Assembly (NCBI GenBank): GCA_026770705.1
Contig: JANJGN010000039.1
Span: 8,742,001-8,806,000, forward strand
DNA: 64,000 nt
Direction: 5' to 3'
Origin: Isurus oxyrinchus
Lineage: Eukaryota
Position 1 is the stretch's first letter. Every line of letters starts with the position of its first letter. The position numbers and the translations under genes were made by a program. The notes under the pieces were generated by a model. The model saw nothing but the letters and a program-made list of their open reading frames with translations. It did not search any database and had not been told where the DNA came from. Shown here in pieces: positions 1 through 12,908 of this stretch.

Positions 1-490
1 CAATGCACAGCTCAGGACATGCCGGAGGAATGCTGCTCCAACAGCACTCAGGAACCCCAAAACCATCCACCACAAAGCTTGATTGGCAGCCTTCAATAAG
101 CGTGCACACCCCGCACTACCGACAAAGAGAGACAGCAGTGCACACCAGCTACAACATTTTCCTCAGTAGCAGACCGCTCTATCTTAGACAGTAAATCCCG
201 AATCCAGAACAGCTGCCATCTAGAATGACAAGAACAGCAGGCACATGGGAACACCAGCACTTGCAAGTTTTCCTCCCCGTCACTCACTGTCCTGGCTTGG
301 GACTCTCACCTTTCCCTCATTATCGCTGGGTGAGACCATGGAGCTACCTCCCTAACTGAACTGTGGTTTTATCTGCACCACATGTAGAGCCATGGCTCAA
401 GAATGTAGCTCCCCAGCAGCTTCTCAAGGGTAATTAGGACGGGCAGTAAATGGCTGCATACGCAGCGATGCCAAAATCCCGTAAAATAAT
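1..490 (+). mobile_element. 3' end of a CR1/L2-group LINE whose tail is shared with DeuSINE/SacSINE1-type SINEs
   Basis: Ends in cttctcaagggtaattaggacgggcagtaaatggctgc...cagcgatgccaaaatccc, matching the tail of the SINE at 32600-32680. The mirror copy continues 5' to ~61320. Confidence 0.7.
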
Positions 491-769
491 ATTACATATA
501 TAGCATGTAAATGAGGTGCGTATTTTTTCCTACTTTTCGTCATCATGTGGCATTCTGGTAGTAAACCATGAAGCAAATGTCATGGAATTTATTCAACGTA
601 GAGATAGAAAGATTTTTGGTAGAGCAATACGTTATGGGTTATGGACCATGTCTGAAGTTGGAGTACAGAGAGCTGGCAGGTCAGTTATGACCTTAATGAA
701 GAGTGGAGCAGGATAGAAGCGACCTACTCCAGCCGCTAAGCGCTATATTCAAATCTTAATTTTTCCCTA

Positions 770-1120
770 ATTAAAAACAATATATATATATACTCCTGTA
801 CTCTAATCCACTTACAAATAATGTCAACGTGTCATCTGCCCTCTTAATTGATTTCTTTACACGCAAGCCTTCACGTTTCACACTTTTTAAATATTATGCT
901 CTGCTTTCATTGTACTAGGGGGGAAGTCAATGACTTCACACCTCGACACATGACACTTCATCTAACATCATATGGACAGCAAAATTCAGCATTCTATATC
1001 TCTCCGCAACCTTTTTGTTCTCCCCCTCAGCTTACCTTTCTTCAAAGGTCTATATAATCAGCAAAGGTAGATGAATAATTGTTTTGTCTCTACTCTCGAG
1101 TCATTATATTGATTGTAAGA
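770..1120 (-). mobile_element. Degraded CR1 LINE RT fragment
   Basis: Weak reverse-strand similarity to the CR1 RT region seen in other copies in this window. Confidence 0.4.
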
Positions 1121-1739
1121 GCCATTCAGCAACTTTCAGCCTTTTACACAGGAACAGGACAAGGTCATTCTGAACGTCGGGTATTTTGAATTGAAATGTA
1201 ATAGGTATAGAATGCCTCGAGCCAGTTTCGCAGGAAATGAAGAAGTCTATTCAGTCCTTCTTGTGCTTGTTACAGACGAGCAGGAGGAAGGCATTCAGTC
1301 TCTGTCGATCCTCTTACACAGGGAAAGGGGGGACACAATTCATTCCATTTTCGACCCTGTCAGACAGGAGCAGGGGGATGTCATTTGGTACCCACAGCCT
1401 GTTGCCGTGGAACAGTGGGAAATGACTCTTTGGGAACAATAAGCACGTCGCTGGAATGTTCAATCCAGGCCTTAATGGATTACACAAGTTTGGAAAATTA
1501 TGCTTCTCTTGTAGAATTGCATATGTTGCAAGATATCGATGTTTTTTTTTTTTTGTTATTGGTAGTTTTTTATGACATGACAGTAACTAAGTGGAAGCTG
1601 TGCCGGGTGTCGCTGACACATACAACCATGAGGAATGGGTGATCCATGGTGCTGGAGTAAAGTTGTCAGAAGATAACAGGGGCTTCAGCACGCACATATA
1701 TATATATAGAGAGGCAGTGATATGTATACTTAGCAGCAC

Positions 1740-3275
1740 ATATTGGAAACAACAGGTTATATTAGATTTGTTTTTTGTTTGCATTTTCAAAGTTTCAGTT
1801 AATGGCTTCAGAGTTAAGGCACTCCTAGGTAGCAGCGAGCACAATATGATTGAAATTCACCTCCAGATTCGAATGGAGAAGAGTTGTCTAAGACTGGTAC
1901 TTAAGCTTCAATATGGACAAATAAGTTTGAATGCTGAGTGAGCTGAATTGAACGGTGATATTAGGCTAGTGGATAGATCAAATGGGAAGCACTGGCTGAC
2001 AGTTATTGAGGCATTTCTGAATACTCAGAATAAGTATATCCCTGCTGTGCAGGACGAATCTTAAGGGAGGACCTACCATCCACGGATAACTAAAAAAGTT
2101 AGGGAAAGCATCCAGCTGATGGAAAACGCAATAGACCGTGCAAAGTTTGCTGCCTGGTCAGATGATTGGCCAGAAAAAAAGGAACATCAAGGAATGACTA
2201 ATTGGTTATCAGAAATAAGAAATTAGAGTATTAGGGGAGTTGGAAATGTAAAACGGATAAAAACACTTTCAACAGACATTTCCAAAAAGCGTAAGTGAAG
2301 GGAGTAATACTCCCATTCTGAGTTCAAAAAGGCAGTCAATATTAGCTATTAAGGAAATGACGGATGAAATGCAGGCATATTTTATTTCTGTATTCAGCAC
2401 ACAAGTAACACAAATGTTCCAATAACAGCTAAAAAGCAGGAGAGGAAAGGGAAACCGAAACTTAGTGAAATTGCAATCACTCGGAAAGAGGTCGTGAACA
2501 CACTTTTGGAGCTGCAGGCAGACACATCTCAGGGTCCGCAGGAACATCATCCTCGGATCATAAAAGCTGTGACTAATGAGGTAGTAAATGTATTATTGTT
2601 AAAATTCCCATATTGCCTAGTTTCTGGAAACGTTTCATTCCACTGGGAGCACGACAGTAACTTCACTATTCAAGAAGGCAGGGGTATGGAAAACAGGAAA
2701 TCTGGAATATTATGTCTCGTTTTGAATTCCATTGATATGGGAGGATGTGTTTGCACGAAGGCGCTTCAGAAAAGGCTCAGTAGGTTGTCTCCTGGAATGA
2801 ATGGGATGTCTTGTGAGGAAAGGTTAGGAAGATGGGACTTGACTGCACAGCATTTTAGAGGAGGGCAGGGTGAAATAATTGAAGTGTATGCGTACCTGAA
2901 AGCTTTTGACAAGGCGTTGGGAAACCATATTTCATGTTTTGGGTGAGCCCTGCATTTGGAGACATTTATTTAAAAAAGGTTTGCCCTTTTAGGACAGATT
3001 TGATCAGTTTGTGTTATTTTGTTTTTTGTTTCTCCTCGAGGTTTACAAAACTTTGGAACTCTCTGACTTAGAAAGCGGTGGAGGTTCAATCACTGAATAT
3101 TGTTAAGATAGGGGTCAATATAGGGGTCAAAGAAAGTGAATCAAAGGTTATGGTGTTGGTTGGGATTTTGGAACTCGAATATAAAAGATTATCCAAGAAC
3201 TTAATGAAAGTTGGAGAAGGCTCGATGGGCGAAATAGCCTACGTCTGCTCATACTTTCCGTGCTCATATGTTCTT
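1740..3275 (+). mobile_element. Degraded, internally deleted CR1 LINE ORF2 and 3' end
   Basis: QVILDL...LLGSSEHNMIEI (endonuclease C-terminus), SQGPQEHHPRIIK (SPGPDxxHPRxLK motif), PGMNGMSCEERLGR, and 3' UTR ggctcgatgggcgaaatagcctac. Confidence 0.8.
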
Positions 3276-4122
3276 AATCGTGCCCGCATGGTCGAATTTG
3301 ATAAATTTAATGTTTATATTATTGTTAAGTTGTTTCCAGAGCGAAAGAGGTCAGTGAGCACAAGGGAGATTGAGGAATGAGGTTTCGTGAGATTTCGGAT
3401 ATAGGCAGCAGATCTTAAGATGAGTTTTGACCATACAGATTCGTAACTGGGTGTTACGAGGAAAATAATTAGAAACGTTGAGCCTTGATTTCCCAAAAGG
3501 ACAGGTGAGGCCTTGAGCAGCAGATAATCGGGAGTAGATGTAGATCGGGAGTAGCACTGGGTGAATCTGATGATATGGAGGCGCATGTCAATCAGGGTCA
3601 CGTAGCTGGCAGAGGTTCTGACCTATCTGATTCAGCATCAGATATTGGCCAGACACTGGTTCAGGAACCGTTACTGCTTAGAAATGAGGAATATGCTCGC
3701 CATCTTCCCAAACTTCAGCATCACGTCCTGTAAGGCAATGAATCATGGCTTTTAAGACATAGCATCTGGATATAATGAATTAACGGAAGTGCGCCAAAGC
3801 AATGGTGGGAAAGCGAGCTAACAAAATCATCAGTAAGCTTAGAATGAGTTGTCGAGTTAATAACTGAACGCAGAGTTTCAGAAAAAAATACAAAACAGGG
3901 GAGATTAAATGGCTACAAGAGTAACAGCGTCTAACATCGTCCATACAATTACTCACTGAGTAGAGTTTCTTATTGGGCCACAAAGAATAGCCACGATAAC
4001 TAAGACATGTAACTAAAAACTAGTCCGAAATGGATCCATTCGGCTTAGTTATCGACTAATCATCTGCAGAAATAACGTTAAATATGTAAGATAATCCGCT
4101 GTCCCTTGTTTGAACATTCAAC

Positions 4123-4306
4123 TCTATTCCCAGATCGACTGCATTGTGGTAACATTCAAACCAGTTGATCTCAGATTCAAATGAAGTTTTGCAACATACA
4201 AATCGATTGATCTCAGATTCGAATGTATTGTTGCAACATTTCATACTGTTGTTCTCAAATTCAAATACATTGTTGGAACTTCCTAATCTATTGGTCTCAG
4301 ATTCAG
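4123..4306. repeat. 42-bp minisatellite (~4.5 copies)
   Basis: ttgatctcagattc-like motif at 4165, 4207, 4249 and 4291 (period exactly 42). Confidence 0.85.
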
Positions 4307-4401
4307 ATCTGTGCGGGCAAACTGGGTAAATGTTGCTAGAAAATGGAAATCCAACGGCAAAGTGGAATCTCTGACTCCTGTGGAATGCAGCGGCAGGCCT
4401 G

Positions 4402-4472
4402 TTTTCCTTAGTGTATTGGGGACTATCCCAGCTTCCACACGGGAGACCGGGGTTCAGTTCAGCGACGGAGAG
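4402..4472 (+). pseudogene. tRNA-Asp-derived pseudogene, heavily decayed
   Basis: ttttccttagtgtattggggactatcccagcttccacacgggagaccggggttcagttcagcgacggagag aligns to vertebrate tRNA-Asp(GTC). There is a 1-nt deletion in the anticodon loop and the stems are broken. Confidence 0.8.
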
Positions 4473-6324
4473 ACAAGTCCTTCCTCGCGTTGTGCGAGGT
4501 GCAAAGCAAGCTCACCCTATTGATTCGCAAACCGGTTTACATTTCCACGTGGTGATCGACCGAAAGGGCATCTGCACAGCCTTTCGGACAGAAGGCAGAT
4601 TTGAAAAGATGGACCATGAGCAAAATTTCTGGACAGTTCTGGTTCTCAATATCACCTGTGATCAACGGCCATTTCCGCCATCATTCTGTCTCCTTCCACC
4701 TTGTGAGCGTCGAAACGTGTACCCAAAATAACGCATCTCCCTGTTTATCCAGGGCACTTTAATAAAAAAAAAAGACTTTAAGAGATGGTGGCAGCACAAG
4801 TTTTAAAAGATTTTGCAATAATCACTGATCCGGACATACTTCGCATCCCGCTCACGATTGATAATCCACGGCTAACTGAGGACTACACCTTCTAAGCAGG
4901 TACGGCGCCTGTACCAGATGCTGCTTAGGCCTGAAATAGGCTTGCCATGGCCAGAGTGTCAACCGAAATGTACACAATGCGTTTCGATGAGCTCCCATGT
5001 AGCGAACTCAGTAAAGAAATAGCATTTGAAGGCACGCAAATGTCCATTAAATGCAATAAATAGGAAAAATAATATCTTATTTCAATAACACGATCCTGTC
5101 CTTTCACGTCATTGCTGATTTTGTAAATTACTTATGGTATGTGAACTCTTCCCTTCAGCACATAAAAAATCAAGCCGAAGGAAACAGCAACCTTGCATGG
5201 AGTCTCCTCAAAAGGCCAAGATAACCATTCGTAAAAAAAATTTTGCCAAGTATCCCTTGGTTCTGTCAGCAACGCATCACATCTTTGCCGCCGGGTAACT
5301 CACTCTATTGCAAGTAAAGTTCTGACTGCCAAAATGTTCTAGGATTTCGAACGCCGCTCAATATCCTCGTCAGAATAAATTGTATTAAAACGTGGGATAC
5401 GCTATTCGAATTCGCCTTTGCCTGCAGCCCGAGTCATGCATGGTCTGTGCCTCGCAAGTAAGACTTTCCCTCTGAAGTGTCACATTGCCCGCTGTTTGAG
5501 ACCACGGGTCATTTAGCACAAGATGAAAAATTGCTGGAAAATATCAGAGGGCCTGACAGCTTCTGTCGAGATGTTGACCTTTCAACAGCATTGGAGTCTT
5601 CATCAGAACGGTCATTAGTCAACTTTGTTCAGAGGTATTTGCTTATGTTGCCGTAAGCACACTATCCTCACCGCCGTTATGCACTTCTCGTTAGGCAGTT
5701 AAAATTCAGCCAGAAATGAATACAGACCTGCGTATAATCTATCCAATAGCCCCATAAAATTCTGAATCAAATATGCTTCCCCCATGCAGCCTCTGCTTCC
5801 CTGATCTCTTTGTCCCTGTTAGCCCTACCTTCTGCATCTGCATGGTTCCTGCCGCTGCACTGAGGCTTTCTCTGCGAAGAGGGCGACCAGAGATTTTTAG
5901 AATTCAAAATGTGCCAGCTGGTGATTTAGAAACGTTGTCCAACATGTTTTCTTTTGTTGCTGAGTGGAAATGATTAAATAACCTTTTATCTTCCCCTTTT
6001 ACCGTGATGTTTTGAGTCCCACCCTCTGACTGTTGTCTGGATAATGGAAATGGAGCGCGGAATGTGGCTGCAGTAGGTTAGTGACTGAAACAGAATTCCC
6101 TTCGAGACTTTGCGTGTGACAAAATGAGGGAAATAGCCGAAGAAGAAACGCCTTTCCTTCTGGATGGCGGGAAAAACTGACACGATTGGATGAATTTCGA
6201 GAGGGATGATGCATCCGGTGTATTTCGTTGGAATTGTGCAGGCAAACTGGGTAACTGTTGCCTCAAAATGGAAATTCCAAGGCAACTCAGAATCTCATTG
6301 GCTCTGGGGACATTCGCAGGCCTG

Positions 6325-6397
6325 TCCTCGGTAGTATAGTGGTCAGTATTACCCGCCTGTCACAAGGGAGACGGTGGTTTAATTCCCCGACGGGGAG
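6325..6397 (+). pseudogene. tRNA-Asp(GTC) pseudogene
   Basis: tcctcggtagtatagtggtcagtattacccgcctgtcacaagggagacggtggtttaattccccgacggggag. GTC anticodon retained; B-box mutated (GGTTTAA); anticodon and T stems mismatched. Confidence 0.9.
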
Positions 6398-7254
6398 GCA
6401 CGTCTTTGTTCGAAACGTGTGCGGTGGAAGCCGTGCTCACTATTTTGCATTAAGTTTTTGGATTTCTTTTTTGGAAGTTACCATTCCTCCTGAAATTCAC
6501 TCAGCGCTGCAGAAGGTTTGTTCAAAGGACTAACACAACTGTCCTTCAAAACCTTCTATCCTCTTGTATCCTTTGGTTCCGTGAAATCATTGCGTCCTGC
6601 ATGTCCTCCCTTCTGCAATTAAAGATTTCAAAATGATTTGCGACATTTAATCGGCCGACCGAGCGTCTTCCTTAACTCCTGTGTTTAAAACTGGCCAAGA
6701 ACACTCAAGTTTTCTCTCTATTATATTTGCATTTCGAAGCTGCCAAACATGCCACGTGTCGCTGCACTGAGCGGTTCTCTCTGAAGAGGCTGCCCAGCAA
6801 CATTAAACAGCCACAGAATGTGCCAGCTGATGATTTGAAACTGTTCCTTCCGGACCTGTTTGCTTTTGTTGCTCATTGGGAATGAATAAACAATGTCTCT
6901 TACTGGTTTCAGGTGATGATTTGACTCCGACCCCATGACTGTGGTTGTGCTGAAAATGGAAATGAAGACCATAGCGGATCCGTAGGGTGCAGGGGACTGA
7001 AGTAGATGGACGGCTTCAAACCTTGCAAGTGATTAAATGACACAAATTGTCAGTGATGAAGCACATTTTCTTCTGAATAAAGGACAAAACTGAAACGATG
7101 GATTGATGACCTGGAGGGAAGATGCGCGCCGCCTATTTTGCTGGAATGTAAATATCTGGTTTGTGCAGGAAAACGGAGAAATTTGTGTAACAAAACTGTG
7201 GCTAACGGCAGATTGAAATCTCACTAGCCGACTGCGCGAACACAGGCCGGGCTC

Positions 7255-7310
7255 TCCTGGTTAGCATTGCGGTTAGTATCCTCACATGTCACGCGGCAGA
7301 AAACGGGGAG
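7255..7310 (+). pseudogene. tRNA-Asp(GTC) pseudogene lacking the T-arm
   Basis: tcctggttagcattgcggttagtatcctcacatgtcacgcggcagaaaacggggag; ~16 nt of the T-arm/B-box are deleted. Confidence 0.8.
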
Positions 7311-9120
7311 ACAAGCCCTTGTTCCAAACGTTAAACATTGAAAGCGGCCATGCTGCCTTACCTTCGCAAATTGCTTTCCAGTCCCGCGTGGGGGTTCATC
7401 ATAATGTTCCAGCGCTCAGCCTGGCGGACAGGGCGCAGATTTGCGTGAAGCAAACATGAGCAACCTTGCTGGACAGAGCAGGAGATCACAATCTCCCCTG
7501 GGAATCGGCCGTTTGCCCCATTATCGCCCATGGCTTGTCGGATTAAATAACCATCGCCGCGTTTCCCCGAGACAATTAATTTCTTGTGTTTCTATGACAT
7601 TTTCCTGAAACGACATGTTTTGGAAACAACAACGGCACAACTCATATTAGATTTTGCAAAGAAACACAAAGCCGACTTTCTTCACAACCTGACACTAATG
7701 AGGATCGTACACTGACTGACGACAATATGTTCTAGACAGCGTCACAGTTCCAGATCAGCTGCATCGTATCCGGTTAAAGCCTTAATTAAGGCCGCGGTGG
7801 CTAGTGTGTGATGTACAATTAACGCAATGAGTGTTAGTGAGCTATGAACCGCATAACCCAGAAAGTAAAGCACATTGAGGCACGCAAATTACAATTATGT
7901 GCAATAAATATGAAATATGCAAAAATTTTTCAATTACCGTCTCATCCGTTCGCTGTTCTCTCTCCTTTCTCTGCATTGATTAACGTGGAACTTCCTCAGG
8001 AAATGCAAACACTTCCTTTGAGTAAATTGCAATTCAGTAAGAAGTCAACAAAAAACACGTTGCATACAGTCTCTTCAAGAGGCCAAATTAATTTTGCGTA
8101 AAAAAAAAGTTCTCTCGCCTGGTGACTCGTCTTTTTGTAACTGAACTCTTCTTTCTGATAACGTCCCTGTATTTTGAACTCATATCTGTACCCTCTTCAG
8201 AAAATGCTTTGCTTCTATGGGAGCATATGTATTCGGTTCATCTTTGCATGTAACCGCAGTCATGCATGGTTGTTGCCGCATCACTGAAAATATCTCTGTC
8301 TAGTGTGATGCCCAGAAATCTAAAATATCCACAGGGTGGATCAACCGGTGACTTCCCAATTTGCTTCGGGCGTCTTTGCTTATGTTGTTCTGAATTCAGG
8401 CGATACTTATAGGATTTAGACTTCTCTATTGGCAGTTAACATTCAGCCTGAATTGAAAACAGCCTTGCAAACAGTTTGTCAAATGGACTGCCACAATTCT
8501 GCCTCGAAACATTCCTTCCTCATGCAGCCCCTGGTTCCCTGAAATCATTAACCCGCTGATTGCGCACCCATCTGCAAGAAAATTTCACCTAAATGTTCGT
8601 GATTTTTAACCCCTCGATCGAGCGCCTTCTTTCATTTCTGTGCTGAAAGCTAACCTTGACCAATCCTTTATTTCTCATGTCCCGCTGTCCGACATAGCTC
8701 CTGCCGCTGCACTCAGCATTTCCCTCCGAAGGGAGCCAGGAAGGATTTAAAATCCAGAGTGCGATGGACGGTGATTTGTAAATCTGGGTTCGGACGAGTT
8801 TTCTTATGTTGCTGAGTGGAAATGAATAAACCATGTTTGTTTCCTGTTTCATATGACGTGTTAAAACCGGCCCCCTGATGGGATTTGGCCTCGAAATGGA
8901 AATGCAGCGCGTACCGGGTGTGCAGATGTCGGGTGTCTGAAGTAGACGGGCGGCTTCAATGTTTCCAATGACTAGATTGTGGAAATTCTAGCTAACGATG
9001 CATTTTGGCTTTGATGATAAAGGGCAAAAACGGCTGAGCAATGATCTAGAGAAATGATACTTCACGTGTGCTTGATTGGAATGTACATTTCTGAGTAGTG
9101 CAGGAAAATTGGGACATTTC

Positions 9121-9146
9121 CAGGTTTCAGTTCCCTGTCAGGGACA
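9121..9146 (+). pseudogene. Possible 3' remnant (T-arm) of a further tRNA-Asp cassette
   Basis: caggtttcagttccctgtcagggac lies between upstream (8700-9110) and downstream (gatttgcaaatccgttttc) flanks homologous to those of the other cassettes. Confidence 0.45.
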
Positions 9147-9289
9147 GAAATATCTCTTCACGCCGTGAAGCAAGGACTCATATTTCTGATTTGCAAATCC
9201 GTTTTCCTTGTCACGCTGAGATCATTGTAAAGGTCATTCACTCAGCAGAATTGCAATAAGTTGTCTAGTTGATAAGAATAGGCCTTTCA

Positions 9290-12200
9290 GAATTGGCGCA
9301 GGGGCGACGGTTGGTGAGTGTCAGATGAATAACTATGTTATAAATTTCTGTCCTAAACATGTCACATACAATTTAATGTATGCCTGCTTTGCTGGGTCAT
9401 GTGGAATGTGCATCTGCCAGGCGTCGGAGATAGCGCAGGCACAAAGTGTTCTGGATGACTACATCTGCAGGAAAAGTATCCAGCTGCAGAAACTTGAGCT
9501 GCGGGTTGCGGAACTCCAGTGGCGACCACAGTTGCTGTGGTGCATCCAGGAGGCTGAGGATTACGTGGAAAGCAGGTTTAGAATGGAGGTCACACCGCAA
9601 CGAAGTAGTCGACAGTTAATAATGGATTGAATGGCCGCCAGAGTAACTAAGGGAAACAGGAATGCGGTGCTGGAATTCGCTGAGTTGATCTAGCTCTCTA
9701 AATGTGTTGTCATGTCCCTTTTCGGATGTTGGTAGGCGAGGCCGGTCCTCAGAGACATGCAGGAAGAGTCAAATTCTTTGGAAGACTGGTGGCTCAGCTA
9801 TACAGAATGAGAGGAGGATGAGCAAATGTGCTACCCAAGTAGGGGATTCCATAGCTAGGGGAGCAGACAGGATTTTCTGCCGCTGTAGATGTCACTACAG
9901 GATGTGATGTTGCCTGTCTGGTGCCAGGGCCATGGATGTCACAGAGCTGCTGCAGTACCTTTCTTTTTCTGCAGGAGGGTGAACACCCACATGTGGTGGG
10001 CCAATTTGGGACCATGGGGAGGAGAAATGATGAGGTCGTGAAGTCATTTTTTAGGGAAATAGAAAGGGAATTACAAAGCAGGAACACAAGAGCAACAACC
10101 TCACTATTACTCCCAGAAACACTTGCTAGTGATCATAAGAACGGGACTTTTAAACCGTTCAACCCGAAGCACAACAAATGGATTCGGAGGAATGGCATTT
10201 TTATTTCTTAGTTATTGGGACCAGTTATGGGGCAGCTGGAGCCTGTAATTACGCGCGGGTTACAGATCAACAGAGCCAGGAGACGAATGTCCTCGTGGGA
10301 AGGTTTGCTGTTGCTGTTGGGAGATTTAAATACATCGGCATGGGGAGGGAAACCGAAAGGGATTTCTAAGCTGGAGTGGAGAAAAAAACCTGGCATTGGG
10401 AATTAGAGAAATATTCACTGAAAAGAAGGAGATATCAGACAGCAGCATTAAAATAAGTCGAACACTTGGGGAGCGTTATAGAACTAAAAGCCGCAAAAGA
10501 ACGTTGTTAGATGAAGTCAGGATGAGGGAAATTTTTTTTAAAGAGCCTAAATCAGGCTTAACATGTATGTAAACCAATGCACGTATTATGATTATAAACA
10601 TTGGTGAACTAATGCACAGGTTGACAAATGGGAATATGGGATTATTGCTACAACAGAAGCCAAGTTCAAAGATAGGCACTCCTGGGCATTAAATATTCCA
10701 GGGTGAAAAATGTCGAGTAGAGACAGGAGGGATGGCTAATTATAACAATATTAGGCAGGAACTCAGGAATTTAGACTGGAGGCGGATGTTTGAGGGTAAA
10801 TCAGCAACCTACGTGTGGGGGACTTTCAAACGTCAGTTGATAAGAATTCAGGGCCGACATGTTCCTGCTAGGATGAGGGATATATATGGCAAATTTCGGG
10901 AAGATTCGATAACGATGGAAATTGTGAGATTAGTCAAAAAGAAAGGAAAAGCATTCGTAGGGGCTAGAGGATGGGAATAGATGAAGGCCATGGAGAATAT
11001 GAAGAAAGTCGGATGAAACTTAAGCGAGGAGTCAGGAAAGGTAAAATGGGTAATTAAATGTAATTGGCCACTAGGAATAAGGAAAATCCCAAGGCATTTT
11101 ATACATATGAAAAAAGCAAGGGGATAGCGTGCGAAAGGGTAGGCAAACTCAGGGACAGAGGTCGGAAACTGTTCTTGGAGCCAGAAGAAGTAGGTGAGGT
11201 ACTAAATGAGTTCTCACCAATGAGAAGGACTTAGCCGTTGATTTGTCTAGTGAAGAGTCTTTACATGGCCTGGATAATGCTGAGATGCAACAAGAGTAAA
11301 TGTTAGGCGTCTTGAAGAATATTAAGGTGGATACGTCCCCAGGGCCAGATCAGATCTGCCCCAGAGTACTGAGGGAGGCAAGGGAGGGGATTGCTGGGTC
11401 TTGACAGAAATCATTGCATCATCACTGGATACTGGAGAGGTCCCACAGAACTGGAGAATGGCCAATGTTGTTCCATTGTTTAAGAAGAGTAGCAGGGATA
11501 ATCCAGGAAATAACAGACCGGTGAGCCTTATGCCAGTAGCAGGGAAATTATTGGAGAACCTTCATTGCAACAGGATTTACTGCCACTTCGAGGCAAATGG
11601 GCGTATTACTGAGAGGCAGCATGGTTTTGTGAAGGGCTGGTCGTGTCTCAACAACTTGATGGAGCTTTTCGAGGAGGTAACAAAGATGATCGACGATGAA
11701 ATTGCAGTGGATGTTAGCTAAATGGATTTCAGTAAGGCCTTTGACAAGGTCCCTCATGGCAGACTGGTACAGAAGGTAAAGTCGCATGGGATCAGATGAG
11801 AGCTAACAATATGGATACAAATTTGGCTTGGTCATAGAAGACAGAGTGTAGCAGTGGAAGGGTGCTTTTCTGAATGGAGAGCTCTGACTAGTGGTCATCC
11901 ACAGGAAACAGTGCTGGGACCTTTGCTCTTTTGAGTATATGTAAATGATTTGGAAGAACATGTAACTGATCTAATAAGTAAGTTTGCAGACCACACTAAG
12001 TTTGGAGGAGTTGCACATTGTGAAGAGGATTGTGAAAGATTACAACGGGATAGAGATCAGTTGGAGAATTGGGCGGCGAAAGGTAGATTGAGTTTAATCC
12101 GGAAAAATTCGAGTTAATGCATTTTGGAAGGCCTAATACATGTAGGAATTAAAGTAAGTGGCTGAACTCTTAAGTGCATCGACGGGCCGAGGGATCTGGG

Positions 12201-12908
12201 TGAACAGGTCCACAGGTCACTGAAGGTGGCAATGCCAGTGGATAAGGTAGTCAGGCAGGCATACGGCATGTTTGCTTTTATCGGCAGGTGTATTGGCTAT
12301 AAAAGCTGGGAAGTCAGGCTGCAGTTGTATAGAACCTTGGTTAGGCCACACTTGGATATTGAGTGCCATTCTGGTCTTCAAATTACCAGATGGATATGGA
12401 GGCATTGGAAAGTGTGCAGAGGGGGTTTACCAGGTTGCGGTCTGGTCTGGAGCTTTTTAGCTATGAGAAGAGTTTGGAGAAACTTGTTCTGTTATGGCAA
12501 GAGCGACAGAGACTGAGGGGCGACAAAATAAAAGTTTACAAAATTAAGAGTGGCATGGACAGAGCAGACAGTCCAAAGCTTTTTCCTGGGATGCAGGTTT
12601 CAATTACTAGGGGACATACATTTAAGGTCAGAGAAGAAAATTTCAGAGGTGAATTGCGGGGCAAGTTTTTTGATGCAGGGTGCAGTGAGTGTCTGGAATT
12701 CACTGCCAGAGAACATTGTGGAAGTTGGTACGATAGTGGTGTTTAAGTGGCAGCTTGGAAATACATGAATATGATGGGAATATAGGGATACGGACCCCGG
12801 AAAGGAAAAAAGTATTTAGTTTGACAGGCAGCATTTTCAGCGCAGGCTTGGAGGCCCGAAGGGCCTCTTCCTGTGCTGTACTTTTCTCGGTTCTTTGTTC
12901 TTTGTTCT
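9290..12908 (+). mobile_element. Near full-length inactive CR1 LINE (ORF1 + ORF2 with an internal endonuclease deletion)
   Basis: ORF1: CGM...DDYICRKSIQLQKLELRVAELQ (zinc finger/zipper) and VGDSIARGADR (GDSL/SGNH esterase). ORF2: GEVPQNWRMANVVPLFKK, RQHGFVKG, DFSKAFDKVPH, SKFADHTK, RLQLYRTLVRPHL. (TTCTTTG)n tail ends at 12908. Many stops and frameshifts. Confidence 0.93.

Noticed and set aside
3510-3733. Open plus-strand stretch ...ESDDMEAHVNQG...RNEEYARHLPKLQHHVL with a gtaagg donor-like end
   Set aside because: No recognisable family or good acceptor, and the mirror copy carries indels; cannot be supported as an exon.
4402-4472. tRNA-Gly(TCC) call
   Set aside because: The apparent TCC arises from deletion and substitution in an Asp body; flanks match the Asp cassettes.
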